Source of the DNA: a bacterium
GTDB lineage: Bacteria > RBG-13-61-14 > DATKZS01
Length of the DNA: 64,000 bases
Reading direction: 5' to 3'
Assembly: GCA_963674965.2 (NCBI GenBank)
Contig: CAXXFL010000006.1
Span: 96,001-160,000, forward strand
The notes below the pieces were generated by a model, which was given only the letters and a program-made list of their open reading frames with translations, was not told the DNA's origin and searched no databases. Every line of letters begins with the position of its first letter. Positions within the stretch are counted from its first letter, which is position 1. Below are positions 28,594 to 39,724 of the stretch, one piece after another. A program made the translations under genes and the position numbers.

Positions 28594-31145
28594 AGCTGAC
28601 CGTTCCCGAGCTTTCCCTGGTGGTGATGATAGGGGTTTCCGGGTCGGGCAAGTCCTCTTTCGCCAGGAGGCACTTTCTGCCCACGGAGATACTTTCGTCC
28701 GACTTCTGCCGGGGCCTGGTCTCGGACGACGAGACCGACCAGACGGCGACCGACGACGCCTTCGAGCTTCTCCACTACGTCGCCTCCAAGCGACTCGCCA
28801 GGGGAAAGCTCACGGTGATCGACGCGACCAACGTGCAGACGGAGGCCAGAAAGCCGCTTGTCCAACTGGCCAGGCAATACCACTGCCTGCCCGTGGCCAT
28901 CGTCCTCGACCTTCCTGAAAAGCTGTGCCGGGAGAGGAACAGGGCAAGGCCCGACCGCGACTTCGGCTCCCACGTGACGCGCGGGCAGGCGAGGAACCTG
29001 AAGCGCTCGATCAAGGGGCTCAAGCGCGAGGGGTTCAGGCGTATCCATATCCTGGACTCCCCCGACAAGATCGAGGCGGCCGAGATAGTACGGGAGCCTC
29101 TCTGGAACGACAAGAAAGAGGAGAAGGGTCCTTTCGATATTATCGGCGACGTCCACGGCTGTCTTGACGAGCTTATCGTCCTTCTCCGCAAACTGGGATA
29201 CAAGGTCGGCGGGCGCGATGGCGAAGAGGGATGGGAGGTTTCGCATCCGGAGGGCAGGAAAGCCGTGTTCCTGGGCGACCTGGCCGATCGGGGACCGGAC
29301 GTTCCCGGCGCGTTCCGGCTGGCCATGGACATGGTGGAGTCGGGAAAGGCCTACGCCGTGCCCGGCAACCACGACGTCAAGCTCCTTAAATATCTGGACG
29401 GAAAGAACGTCCAGGTCAGGCACGGCCTTCTCGAGTCCATCGAGGGACTCGAGAAGGAAAGCGAGGAATTCAGGCGGAGGGTCGGAGAATTTATCAGGGG
29501 CCTTATCAGCCATTACGTGTTCGACGGCGGCGGGCTGGTCGTGGCCCACGCGGGCATGAAGGAGGAGCTGCAGGGACGCGGTTCCGGCCAGGTCCGGGAG
29601 TTCGCCCTGTTCGGGGAGACCACGGGCGAGACCGACGAGTTCGGCCTGCCCGTCCGCTACGACTGGGCCTCGGAGTACCGGGGCAAGGCCATGGTCGCCT
29701 ATGGGCACACGCCCGTTCCGGAGCCGGAATGGCTGAACGGGACCATCAACCTGGACACGGGTTGCGTTTTCGGCGGCAGGCTCACGGCCCTTCGCTATCC
29801 GGAGCGGGAACTGGTCTGGGTGGAAGCGGCCAGGCAATACCACGAGCCGGTGAAACCCCTCGAGCGCGGGGCTCCCGATTTTACGGCGCAGCAGGAACAC
29901 GACGACGCGCTCGATATCGATGACGTTCTAGGCAAGCGCCTGATCGAGACCCGCCTTCGTCGCGGCGTGACCGTCAAGGAGGAGAACTCCATCGCGGCCC
30001 TCGAGGCCATGACGCGGTTCGCGATCGATCCCAAGTGGCTCATTTACCTTCCCCCCACCATGTCGCCCACGGAGACCTCGACCGAGCCCGGTCTCCTCGA
30101 GCACCCCGCCCAGGCCCTGGATTACTTTCGAAAGCATAATGTAAGCCGAGTGGTCTGCGAGGAGAAGCACATGGGGTCGCGGTGCGTGGCGATCGCGTGC
30201 CGGAACGAGAAGGCCGCTCGCGAACGCTTCGGCGTCAGGGATGACGAGACAGGGGCCTTATATACCCGCACGGGCCGGAGGTTCTTCGATAATGACGAGG
30301 TCGAGCGTGAGTTCCTCGCCAGGGTGAGAAACGCGGCCGGGGCGGCGGGCGTCTGGGAGAAGCTCGAGACGGACTGGATATGCCTGGACTGCGAGCTTAT
30401 GCCCTGGTCGGCCAAGGCCCAGGAGCTTTTGCGAAGCCAGTACGCGGCGGTGGGATCGGCCTCCCGGGCGGCCCTGGCCCAGGCGATTAATGCCCTGGGC
30501 CAGGCGAAAAAAAGCGGAACCGACGTTCATGATCTTCTATCGAAATATACGAACAAGTCCCACATGGCGGACGGCTTCGTCGAGGCCTATCGCCATTATT
30601 GCTGGAACGTGGAATCCATATCCGACCTGAAGCTGGCGCCCTTTCACGTCATGGCCTCGGAGGGGGCCGTCCACGCGGACAAGGACCACCTCTGGCACAT
30701 GGAGACCATCGCCGGGATTTGCGACAAGGACGAGGAAATACTGCTTGCCACTGACTTCAAGACGGTCGAGCCGGGAGACGAGAAAAGCGAGGCTGAAGGG
30801 ACCCGCTGGTGGGAGGAACTGACGGGAAAAGGCGGCGAAGGCATGGTGATAAAGCCCCTCGACTTCGTGGCCAGGGGCGAGAGGGGCCTCATCCAGCCCG
30901 CGATCAAATGCCGGGGCCGGGAATACCTCCGCATTATTTACGGCCAGGAATATACCTTGCCCGAAAACCTCGAGCGGCTAAAGAAAAGGGGCCTCTCCAC
31001 CAAGCGTTCCCTCGCGCTCCGGGAGTTCGCCCTCGGCCTCGAGGCCCTCGAGCGCTTCGTAAGGAAAGAGCCCCTGCGCCGCGTGCACGAGTGCGCTTTC
31101 GGAGTGCTGGCCCTGGAAAGCGAGCCCGTGGACCCGAGGCTGTAA
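28590..31145 (+). CDS. pnkp: Polynucleotide kinase-phosphatase-ligase Pnkp
   Basis: Kinase GVSGSGKS; metallophosphatase GDVHG, GDLADRG, GNHD; ligase EEKHMGSR, DCELMP, EGMVIKP, KCRG; ATGA overlap with hen1. Confidence 0.93.
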   Translation: MKLTVPELSLVVMIGVSGSGKSSFARRHFLPTEILSSDFCRGLVSDDETDQTATDDAFELLHYVASKRLARGKLTVIDATNVQTEARKPLVQLARQYHCLPVAIVLDLPEKLCRERNRARPDRDFGSHVTRGQARNLKRSIKGLKREGFRRIHILDSPDKIEAAEIVREPLWNDKKEEKGPFDIIGDVHGCLDELIVLLRKLGYKVGGRDGEEGWEVSHPEGRKAVFLGDLADRGPDVPGAFRLAMDMVESGKAYAVPGNHDVKLLKYLDGKNVQVRHGLLESIEGLEKESEEFRRRVGEFIRGLISHYVFDGGGLVVAHAGMKEELQGRGSGQVREFALFGETTGETDEFGLPVRYDWASEYRGKAMVAYGHTPVPEPEWLNGTINLDTGCVFGGRLTALRYPERELVWVEAARQYHEPVKPLERGAPDFTAQQEHDDALDIDDVLGKRLIETRLRRGVTVKEENSIAALEAMTRFAIDPKWLIYLPPTMSPTETSTEPGLLEHPAQALDYFRKHNVSRVVCEEKHMGSRCVAIACRNEKAARERFGVRDDETGALYTRTGRRFFDNDEVEREFLARVRNAAGAAGVWEKLETDWICLDCELMPWSAKAQELLRSQYAAVGSASRAALAQAINALGQAKKSGTDVHDLLSKYTNKSHMADGFVEAYRHYCWNVESISDLKLAPFHVMASEGAVHADKDHLWHMETIAGICDKDEEILLATDFKTVEPGDEKSEAEGTRWWEELTGKGGEGMVIKPLDFVARGERGLIQPAIKCRGREYLRIIYGQEYTLPENLERLKKRGLSTKRSLALREFALGLEALERFVRKEPLRRVHECAFGVLALESEPVDPRL

Positions 31146-31461
31146 AAACGGTCACGACTTTTATCAAGCGTCCCGTACTGAACCGCCGTGGAATGACGCG
31201 CTACCTGGATATCTTCGGACTCGGATGGCTCGCCGCATCCTACGGACATTTTGACCATTGGGGAACATTTGAGAAAGCGTCGACTTGATATTTTAACGAT
31301 CCATATCTCCTCGTCGAACTGGTATGGCCGATGGCAATTTCGAAAAGCCTCTTCCGATCCCGCATGATTGATTTATTATCGTTTGCGCGCGGATCATCTC
31401 AATGATAAGTTAGCTCACACAACGGGGAAAAAAAGGCAAACCGGATAGCAAAGCCAATATT

Positions 31462-32571
31462 ATGGAGCATAACAATATGCAGGAAATACGTTTACCTTCC
31501 GAGGAAAGATACAAGGAAGAACTGGCTGCTCTGACCGCGAATGATGACGGGCCCCGTCCGGCCCGGTGGCAGCTTTCCCCCCGCGCGGTCGAGACTTTCA
31601 TCATGGGCGCGGACAAGCCCGTCATGCACGATAAAAAGAAAGTCGAAATCACCCCCAAGTATTACGGTGACAAAAGCCTGGTCCAGGTGGCGATCGCCAC
31701 CCTGGCCTCGGATCGCGCCCTGCTCCTGGCGGGCGAGCCGGGCACGGCCAAGTCCTGGCTTTCGGAACATCTGGCCGCGGCCATATCGGGAGCCAGCCAG
31801 CCGGTGATACAAGGCACCGCCGGGACCACCGAGGACCAGATCAAGTACGGCTGGAACTACGCCATGCTCCTGGCGGAGGGACCCAGCGAGAAGTCCCTTG
31901 TCAAAAGCCCCATCTACCTGGCCATGGAACAAGGCCGGGTCGCGCGGTTCGAGGAAATCACCCGCTCGGCCTCCGAGGTGCAGGACGCGCTTATCTCGAT
32001 CCTTTCCGAGAAAAGCCTGGCGGTTCCCGAACTCAACCGCATGGTCTTTGCCCGGAAGGGGTTCAACGTCATCGCCACCGCCAACACCCGCGACCGGGGT
32101 ATCAACGACATGTCCAGCGCCCTTAAGCGCCGGTTCAATTTCGTTACCGTTCCCGTCGTTTCCGAGATCGAACTCGAGGTCAAGATCGTGACCAACCGAT
32201 CGGAGGAACTGATGGCCGACTACGAGTTGTCCACATCCCTGAACAAGGACCTGGTCGAGATGCTGGTCACCGTCTTCCAGGAACTGCGGGAAGGGAAAAC
32301 CAAGGACGGCAAAACCAAGGTCAAGCGGCTTTCCACCGTGCTCTCCACCGCCGAGGTAATTTCCGTCATGTTCGCTGGCAACCTGCTCGGGGCCCATTTC
32401 GGGAAGGGCGAGGCCGGAGCCGGTGAACTGGCCCGGAGCGTGATCGGGGCCATTGAAAAGGAGAACCCCGACGATAAAAAGCTCTTCCATGAATACCTTG
32501 AGAACGTGGTTAAGATCAGGAGAGGCCCACACTGGAAGGACTTCTATAATGAGGCCATAAAACTGGCGTGA
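31462..32571 (+). CDS. MoxR-type AAA+ ATPase (YehL-like)
   Basis: GEPGTAKSWLSEHL, GWNYAMLLA, RFEEITR, TANTRDRG..DMSSALKRRFN. Confidence 0.9.
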   Translation: MEHNNMQEIRLPSEERYKEELAALTANDDGPRPARWQLSPRAVETFIMGADKPVMHDKKKVEITPKYYGDKSLVQVAIATLASDRALLLAGEPGTAKSWLSEHLAAAISGASQPVIQGTAGTTEDQIKYGWNYAMLLAEGPSEKSLVKSPIYLAMEQGRVARFEEITRSASEVQDALISILSEKSLAVPELNRMVFARKGFNVIATANTRDRGINDMSSALKRRFNFVTVPVVSEIELEVKIVTNRSEELMADYELSTSLNKDLVEMLVTVFQELREGKTKDGKTKVKRLSTVLSTAEVISVMFAGNLLGAHFGKGEAGAGELARSVIGAIEKENPDDKKLFHEYLENVVKIRRGPHWKDFYNEAIKLA

Positions 32572-32598
32572 CCGCCCCCGGCCACGTACCGGACCAAG

Positions 32599-34815
32599 AT
32601 GGATAAGTCAATTATCAAAGCCGTATCCCATTTCCCGGCGCGCCATCACTCCCCCGCCTGCAGCCTTGCCCTGGCCGCGAGAATCCAGGAGGACCCGCCC
32701 GGCCTGATCTTGATCGAGGGGCCCTCTGACGCCGACGACCTGATCGAGGCGCTGGCCGACTCCGACACCATCCCGCCCGTGGCCATACTGGGCTACCATA
32801 TCGGCGAGACTCCCACTAGCGTCCTTTATCCACTGGCCGCTTACTCGCCCGAGTACGTCGCCCTTTCCCTGGCGGTCAAGCTGGAAATCCCGGTCCATTT
32901 TATCGATCTTCCCATCCCGGCGATACTCTCGCTAAAAGAGGAACAAGACCATATCGGCCGTCCGGCTTTTAACGAGGCGGCCGTTGCCCTGGGATACGGG
33001 TCCTTCGAGGAATTCTGGGAAGCGGGCTTTGAATGCCGGGGTTACGGCCCGGAGGAGTTCAGGACCGTGATGATGAGTTTCGGGGCCATGGTCAGAGCGC
33101 GGGAACGAGAGGTCATCGATACGCGTAACCGGCTCCGCGAGTCCTATATGGCTTACCAAATATCCAGGCGTCTCGAGGAGGGCGGAGTAGACCCGGCCAA
33201 GGCGCTGGTCGTGACGGGGGCCTTTCACGCGGCCGGCTTCATGGAGGAAGAGTTGGAGGCTTTCGAGGAAACCGTGTGGGATATCCCCTGCGACCGGACC
33301 GTGATCTCCTACAGCTATCCGCGCCTTAGCGAGCAACTGGGATACGGGGCGGGCAACCGGGCGCCCTTCTACTATCAACGCGCTTATGAATGCGGCGGCG
33401 ACTTCAAACGGGCCACCTTGCTCACCCTGATCGACCTCACCGATCACCTGAGGCAGAAAGGCTTCGAGGCCAGCCTGTCCCATACCATCGACGCCTTTAA
33501 CCTGGCCAGGACCCTGGCGGACATGCGGGAAAAGGCGGCCCCCTGCCTGGATGAGATAGCGGAATCCGTCCGCGCCTGCATGTTGAAGGGATCGGCCGAG
33601 GCCGCCGAGGCCATGCTCTGGGACGCGGTAATAGGTCGTAACGTGGGCAGGGTATCCAAGAGCATAGGCCGAGGTCCCCTGCAGGAGGAGTTCTATCAGG
33701 AACTGGGCAGGCGCCGCATACCGGTCACGGACGAGCCCGCTGAATTCACGCTTAACCTCAACGCCGATATCGAGCGCTCCACCAGCGGTTTCCTCCATCG
33801 GCTGAACCTGCTGGAGATTCCTTTCGGCGGATGCGTCACCACCGCCGAGTCCCCCGCCCAGCAGCTCAGGCGACTCCGCGAAAAATGGGAGGTCCGCTGG
33901 AGCCCCGCCACCGACGTGGCCCTGGTGGAGAAAGTCGTTTACGGAAACAACATCGCCCAGGCCTGCGAAAGACTGCTGCGGGAAAAGTTCCTCTCCATCA
34001 CCGACGTGGCCGCCGCCACCGACCTTTTACTCAAGGTCATCATCACCGGCCTGGGCGCATTCCTCGAGGAAGGCCTGTCCCTTTGCGAGTCCCAAAGCGC
34101 GGAGGATGAGGATTTTTATCGGCTGGCCCGGGCCGCCCAGAACCTGATGGCCGTGCACAGCTACGGCTCGGGGCGGGAGATCGAGGAGGACCGGCTGCGA
34201 GCGCTGCTCGATCACGTTATCAATCGGGCCGTGCTGGCCCTGCCTCAGGCCGCCCAGGTGGACGACGGCGGCATAGAAGAGGTATGCACTGGAATCAAGC
34301 TGATCCACGAGGTCGTAACCATTGACAAGGGAGAAGGGCTGAGGCTTTACCTTCGCGTGATCGAGGCCCTGATCGGCTCGGACGTGCCCCATCCCTCGGC
34401 CTGCGGTCTTTGCATGGGTCTGGCTCACGTTTCCGGGTCCATCGGCGAGCAGTTCCTGGTCACCGAGGTCAGCCGCCGCCTCTCGGCCGGAGAGGAACCG
34501 GTCCGGGCGGGACAGTTCCTGGAGGGCTTCCTGTCGGTAAACCGCCTGGCCCTGGTCAAGAACAGGCCCCTTATCAAATGGATAAACGACTTCCTGGCCG
34601 GAATCGAGCCCCGGGCGTTCATCGACCTCCTGCCTGTACTAAGGCGCGCCTTTTCGGACTTCACGCGCTCGGAAATCACCTATCTCATGGAAAACCTGTC
34701 CGCCCTCATCGGAGTCGAGGCCAGGGAGGAGGTCGTTAGCAATATCAACCAGACCGTGCTTGACGACCTCAAGGAAACCGACGAGGACCTGGACGACTTT
34801 GACGACCTCTTCTGA
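32599..34815 (+). CDS. DUF5682 (YehM-like) protein
   Basis: RHHSPAC, LIEGP, YSPEY, FIDLP, RESYMA, VTGAFH, GYGAG; follows the YehL-like ATPase. Confidence 0.85.
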   Translation: MDKSIIKAVSHFPARHHSPACSLALAARIQEDPPGLILIEGPSDADDLIEALADSDTIPPVAILGYHIGETPTSVLYPLAAYSPEYVALSLAVKLEIPVHFIDLPIPAILSLKEEQDHIGRPAFNEAAVALGYGSFEEFWEAGFECRGYGPEEFRTVMMSFGAMVRAREREVIDTRNRLRESYMAYQISRRLEEGGVDPAKALVVTGAFHAAGFMEEELEAFEETVWDIPCDRTVISYSYPRLSEQLGYGAGNRAPFYYQRAYECGGDFKRATLLTLIDLTDHLRQKGFEASLSHTIDAFNLARTLADMREKAAPCLDEIAESVRACMLKGSAEAAEAMLWDAVIGRNVGRVSKSIGRGPLQEEFYQELGRRRIPVTDEPAEFTLNLNADIERSTSGFLHRLNLLEIPFGGCVTTAESPAQQLRRLREKWEVRWSPATDVALVEKVVYGNNIAQACERLLREKFLSITDVAAATDLLLKVIITGLGAFLEEGLSLCESQSAEDEDFYRLARAAQNLMAVHSYGSGREIEEDRLRALLDHVINRAVLALPQAAQVDDGGIEEVCTGIKLIHEVVTIDKGEGLRLYLRVIEALIGSDVPHPSACGLCMGLAHVSGSIGEQFLVTEVSRRLSAGEEPVRAGQFLEGFLSVNRLALVKNRPLIKWINDFLAGIEPRAFIDLLPVLRRAFSDFTRSEITYLMENLSALIGVEAREEVVSNINQTVLDDLKETDEDLDDFDDLF

Positions 34816-34836
34816 GGCGGCGTAAAGGGAATAATC

Positions 34837-36522
34837 ATGAACGACGAGACGAGACTTCCCACGATAGACGACGTTGAAAAGGTTGATGATAAAACCATGA
34901 TCGAGCGCATGGAGGATTTCTGGGGCAACGCCTCCCTTACCCCGGCCATCGTGGCAAAGCTCAAGGGCCGGCCCAAGGAGGCGCTGAAAATGGTCCGGCT
35001 TGGCAAGGAGCTTGAACACAGGATAACGCACTACACGGCTATCGAGGTCTGCGCCGCCATCGGAAGCAAAGAGGCCTATAAAGTAATGCAAGAGCTCCCA
35101 GTCGGAAGCCCGTACGAATACTTCTTCAACGTGATCGATCTGGTGAGAAAATCGGGCAAAACAATTGGCGCGGCCATCAATGAGGCAATCCCCAAAGGAA
35201 ATAGAAGAATCAACGGATGGGGTTGGATTGCGTGGCATTACTTAAAGAAGGAGGCCGAGGTTTTCAGACCCAATAAAATGGAGAACTACCAGGCCTGCAT
35301 CAAAGCTTTCCTTTCCACCGCGCAAAATCATATTAAAGACTTAAACGCGTCAAAAAACGAACGGCGAAATGGAGCGGCGGAATATATGGCGACAACCGGC
35401 TGCCCCGGTTTTATTCCATTACTTCAAGAAACTCTCGCGCGTGAAAAGTCGAAAAAAACCAAAGTGTGCATTGTTCAAGCCCAGGCGTATTGCGGGGACA
35501 CTTCGATTATAGAACGGGCGTTATCAATCGCAATGAAGCCAAAAGCCGACAACGAGTCGCGACGAGCCTATTGCCGTGTCCTCACCCAGATAGGCGACGT
35601 GAGGGCCAAAGCCCCAATCCAGAGTTTAATAAAAGATGGGCTGAGCACCCAACCCCAGTGGTACGGGAAAACGATTTTTCCTTATATGCTCCAACTTGGC
35701 CTGGACCCGAAAGTGGCAAAAAGCGCGGCCTATAACTCCGCGATTTCATTTAATGAACATTTCTTTCCGCCCGAATATATCTATATGAAGGTGGATGACT
35801 TTTTATCCAACCCATTATCGGGTTATCAGCTTGCGGGAATACTTCCCGTGCTTTTATGGCATTTCCAGGATAAACCCAATGAAAAAAGGATGACTATCAA
35901 ACACGCGATAAGGCATATAAGAACCTACGACCCGGACGCGCAAAAAGACGTCATCAAGTCGTTAATAAGTGCCCGATATTGCATGTCCTTGATAACCGAA
36001 TGCTGGGATGACCTGGCCGACGAGGCCCGCGTGGAAACGGTCAGGCTGATTAGAAATGAAGCTAAATATGCCGATAAGTTTATTTTTTATTGGCCGGAGC
36101 CCATACTCCAGTTCATGCCCGAGGGCGCTGAAATCATCAAGTTGCTCCTTGCATGGAAAAATGATAAGGCGCTTGCGTCTCTTTTTAAGGCGATTGCCGC
36201 GGCCCCCGCGTATTTCTTTGCGCTTGACGATAAACCCATTATCGAGGCCTGTCATGAAGCGTTGGGCAATAAGTCCCAGCCGTTGAAGCTCGCGGCCCTC
36301 TCGGCGCTCTCGGAGCTTGGCTCTAAAGGGTCCATTAAAGTAATCAAAGAAATGGACGACGAAAGACCCAAGGTAAAAGAGGCCGCTAGTAAGGCGTTAG
36401 CCGACATTCCCGGAAATCAAGAACGGCGGGCAAAGCAAAAAAAAGAAATACATAAAGTCAAAACGCGAGTTATCAGGCAAAATTTAATTGAATCGACAAG
36501 GAGCTTGTTATGGAGGCGATAG
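34837..36522 (+). CDS. HEAT-repeat protein, lower-GC paralog of the next gene
   Basis: Alpha-helical HEAT-like repeats; shares WGNASLTP, YTAIEVC, EAEVFRP, ECWDDL and AW.NDKA with 36510..38531. Confidence 0.75.
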   Translation: MNDETRLPTIDDVEKVDDKTMIERMEDFWGNASLTPAIVAKLKGRPKEALKMVRLGKELEHRITHYTAIEVCAAIGSKEAYKVMQELPVGSPYEYFFNVIDLVRKSGKTIGAAINEAIPKGNRRINGWGWIAWHYLKKEAEVFRPNKMENYQACIKAFLSTAQNHIKDLNASKNERRNGAAEYMATTGCPGFIPLLQETLAREKSKKTKVCIVQAQAYCGDTSIIERALSIAMKPKADNESRRAYCRVLTQIGDVRAKAPIQSLIKDGLSTQPQWYGKTIFPYMLQLGLDPKVAKSAAYNSAISFNEHFFPPEYIYMKVDDFLSNPLSGYQLAGILPVLLWHFQDKPNEKRMTIKHAIRHIRTYDPDAQKDVIKSLISARYCMSLITECWDDLADEARVETVRLIRNEAKYADKFIFYWPEPILQFMPEGAEIIKLLLAWKNDKALASLFKAIAAAPAYFFALDDKPIIEACHEALGNKSQPLKLAALSALSELGSKGSIKVIKEMDDERPKVKEAASKALADIPGNQERRAKQKKEIHKVKTRVIRQNLIESTRSLLWRR

Positions 36523-38531
36523 AACGGATAATCCACATCCGCTCGGACCTGTCCGATTTTTTAAGCGGCGGTCTTGGCAACCTGGACCGCGCCCGCGTCG
36601 AGGAGATAGCCGGCGCCCTTTCAGACCTGAACCTGAAAAAACCCGCCAGGATGGTGTCGGACCTTTTGGAGACGACCGACCCGTCCTCCCGGTTCGAGGG
36701 CTTCGTAAAGGTCATCCAGACCCTTCGCCAGGTGGAACTGCGCTCGCTCAAGCCGGCCAGGGATGAGGCGCCCGACCTCGTTCCCCATCCCATGTACGGC
36801 GGCTTGTATATCGATCGCTCCCGCCTGCCGGACAAGTTTAGTGACGTTTCCGAGGTCATGTCCCTTCCCGACCGGTTCGTTAGGGACTACGCCCTCTTCA
36901 AGTACATGGAGGACGTGGATGACCAAACCATGGCCGAGCAAATGGAATACGTCTGGGGCAACGCGTCGCTGACTCCCATCGTGGCGTCCAAGCTCAGGGA
37001 CCGGCCCGAGGCCGCGCTGAAGCTTGTAAGTCGCGCCCTGACCATCCATCAAAAGATCGTTTATTACACGGCCATCGAGGTATGCTCGGCCTTGGGGGGA
37101 GAAGCGGCCTACAAGGCCATGAAGGAGCTTCCGGCCGAGATGCCGGAGGATTACTTTGAAGAAGTGGACTATGATGCGGTCGCCAGGGAGCACGAGATAA
37201 GCGTCGAGCAGGTCATGATGATTTGCGACGCCGAGCGCCGGATAGACGCCTCGGGCTGGGAATGGCTCGGGTACCATTTTCTGAGGAGGGAGGCCGAGGT
37301 TTTTCGCCCGGACCTCCTTGGTGAATACGAAAAGAAAATCAAGGTGACCCTCGCCGCCAATGAATCGCATATTAACGACCTGATGGCCTCGTCGTCGAAA
37401 AAGCGTTTCCAAGCGGCGGAATACCTCCGCGCCGCCGGCTATCCTGGATTTATCTCCCCCCTGCGGGCCGCCCTGGCCCGCGAAACCGATATAAAGGTGG
37501 AGCGTGAACTGATCATAGCCCTTGGGTCAAGCGGGGACTTCGCCATTATTGAGCAGGCCCTGGCGGCGGCTGACCCGGATGATGAAAAACATTACCTGCG
37601 CGGAGCCTACGCGGAGGCCCTGGCCAAGCTGGGCGACGTTAGAGGCAAAGGATTTATTCTCGATTCATTCAAGGAGGGCCTGTTCCACGAAATCGAGCAA
37701 TATGGATTGTCCATTCTGCCCGACTTCATCCGCGCGTGCGTGGATCCCGAGGTGGTCAAGAAAACCGCCACCCTTGGCGTCCTGGGGCGCAGGGGGGTTA
37801 TCCCCCCCAAGCTGGTTTACAAGGCGGTGGATGAGATCATGACTGAGCCTGTCCCGGCGGAACGCCTCGAGGGCATGCTGTATCTGTTTTCTCAATACTT
37901 CCGGAAGGGCCCGCCCCAGGAAGGTCTCGCGATGATTTTGGGTCACGCCTCAAGCCACGCGCGGGCCTATGAACCCGGGGACCAGGTCAGAGTGGTCAAG
38001 TCCCTTATAAAGTCCAGACCGATGACGCCGCTTGTCGTGGAGTGCTGGGATGACCTTTGCGAGGAGGCCCGCTTGGAATCCATCAAGCTCCTCAAAGCCG
38101 GCGCCAAGGACTTCCTCAAGCTTCAGGAAGGCTCGGCGAAGGACATAGAGGCGATCACTCCCGGCGCGGAGCGAATAGTCGCGCTCTTGTGCGCCTGGAG
38201 AAACGACAAGGCAGCCGCGGCCTTGATGAAGGCGGCCGCCTCCACGCCTTCTTATTTTATCGTCATGGGAGACCAGGCCCTGATCGAGCTTTGTATTGAC
38301 GCCCTTAACTCCGGCGGGCAGGCCCAGGTGATCGCGTCCCTCGGGGCCCTGGCCGAGCTGGCCGCCGAGGAGGCGAAACCCGTAATCGAGGCCCTGGACG
38401 TCTCGAAACCCAAGGTCAAATACGCGGTGGAAAAGGCCAAGATAGGCTACGCCTTGAACGAGGAAAGGCGAAAGAAACTTATACCGGAACCGAAGAAAGG
38501 CCTCATGAACTGGTTAAAGGATAAATTATGA
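36510..38531 (+). CDS. HEAT-repeat protein
   Basis: HEAT-like repeats (IIALGSSG, AEALAKLGD, LGALAEL); coupled to its neighbours by overlap. Confidence 0.78.
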   Translation: MEAIERIIHIRSDLSDFLSGGLGNLDRARVEEIAGALSDLNLKKPARMVSDLLETTDPSSRFEGFVKVIQTLRQVELRSLKPARDEAPDLVPHPMYGGLYIDRSRLPDKFSDVSEVMSLPDRFVRDYALFKYMEDVDDQTMAEQMEYVWGNASLTPIVASKLRDRPEAALKLVSRALTIHQKIVYYTAIEVCSALGGEAAYKAMKELPAEMPEDYFEEVDYDAVAREHEISVEQVMMICDAERRIDASGWEWLGYHFLRREAEVFRPDLLGEYEKKIKVTLAANESHINDLMASSSKKRFQAAEYLRAAGYPGFISPLRAALARETDIKVERELIIALGSSGDFAIIEQALAAADPDDEKHYLRGAYAEALAKLGDVRGKGFILDSFKEGLFHEIEQYGLSILPDFIRACVDPEVVKKTATLGVLGRRGVIPPKLVYKAVDEIMTEPVPAERLEGMLYLFSQYFRKGPPQEGLAMILGHASSHARAYEPGDQVRVVKSLIKSRPMTPLVVECWDDLCEEARLESIKLLKAGAKDFLKLQEGSAKDIEAITPGAERIVALLCAWRNDKAAAALMKAAASTPSYFIVMGDQALIELCIDALNSGGQAQVIASLGALAELAAEEAKPVIEALDVSKPKVKYAVEKAKIGYALNEERRKKLIPEPKKGLMNWLKDKL

Positions 38532-39724
38532 GCAAACCGTCGGAGTTCACGCGGGAGCAAAAGGACGCGCTGCTCCGGTGGCGTCTGGTCCTGGGCAAAA
38601 AAGCTCAGGAGACCGATGAAGGCCTTGCCCTTGGCGGCCTGGGCTCGGCCTGGGACGGCTTGCCCGGACTTCCGGGCCTGTCCGGCGTTGACGATTGCCT
38701 GGAGTTCGTTTACGGCGGTGGAGAAAGGAGCGCGGGCCTGGGAAGCGGCTCGCCCTATATCCCCAAGTGGCTCGGAGACCTTCGCGAGTATTTCAGCTCC
38801 GACACGGTGGCCCTGGTCCAAAAGGACGCCATCGAGAAACGGGGACTGACCAGACTCCTTTTCGAGCCCGAGACCATGGTCATGCTGGAGAAGAACGTGG
38901 AGCTCGTCTCCACCCTGGTGGCCATGAAAAACCTCGTGCCCGACGGGGCCAAACAGGCGGCGCGCGACATTATCAAGGAAGTCGTCGAGGACATTAAGAA
39001 GCGCCTGGAAAACGACGCGCGTCAGGCGGTGGTGGGAGCGCTCAGAAGGAACCGCCATTCGCCCCTGGCCGTGGCCAGGAACATCGACTGGAAGCGGACC
39101 ATCAGCCGGAACCTAAAGAACTACGACAAGGAGCGCAAGGTCATCGTGCCCGACCGTTTCTTCTTTTGGGCCAACGAACTGAAAAAACGCGAGTGGAGCG
39201 TGATTATCCTGGTGGACCAGAGCGGCTCCATGGGTCCCTCCGTGGTGTACTCGTCGATCATGGCCGCCATATTCGCGAGCCTGGGCGTTCTTAAAACCCA
39301 TCTGGTCTTTTTCGACACCGAGATAGCGGACGTAAGCGACATGTTACACGACCCGGTTGACGTCATCTTCGGCGCGCAGCTTGGAGGCGGCACGGACATT
39401 GCCCGGGCCGTGGCCTATGGCATGGACAAAATCGAGAGGCCCGACCGGACCATCTTCGTGGTAATCACCGACCTCTACGAGGGTGGAGACCAGGAGACGC
39501 TGTTGAATCATTTCGAGCGCCTGGCCGAGAGCAAGGTCACCTGCCTTTGTCTCCTGGCCCTGAATGAAGGAGGGACGCCGGGCTTTAATCACGATTTGGC
39601 CAAGCGGACCAGGGCCAGGGGCGTTCATACGTTTGGGTGCACGCCGAAAAAACTCACGGACGTCATGGAAAGGATTCTGTCCGGGAAGCCCTTCGACGAC
39701 CTGGCCAGGGAGGATATAAAATGA
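38528..39724 (+). CDS. vWA-domain protein (CoxE/YehP-like)
   Basis: RWRLVLG, IDWKRTI..NLKNY, MIDAS VDQSGSM, QLGGGTDI, ITDLYEG. Confidence 0.9.
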   Translation: MSKPSEFTREQKDALLRWRLVLGKKAQETDEGLALGGLGSAWDGLPGLPGLSGVDDCLEFVYGGGERSAGLGSGSPYIPKWLGDLREYFSSDTVALVQKDAIEKRGLTRLLFEPETMVMLEKNVELVSTLVAMKNLVPDGAKQAARDIIKEVVEDIKKRLENDARQAVVGALRRNRHSPLAVARNIDWKRTISRNLKNYDKERKVIVPDRFFFWANELKKREWSVIILVDQSGSMGPSVVYSSIMAAIFASLGVLKTHLVFFDTEIADVSDMLHDPVDVIFGAQLGGGTDIARAVAYGMDKIERPDRTIFVVITDLYEGGDQETLLNHFERLAESKVTCLCLLALNEGGTPGFNHDLAKRTRARGVHTFGCTPKKLTDVMERILSGKPFDDLAREDIK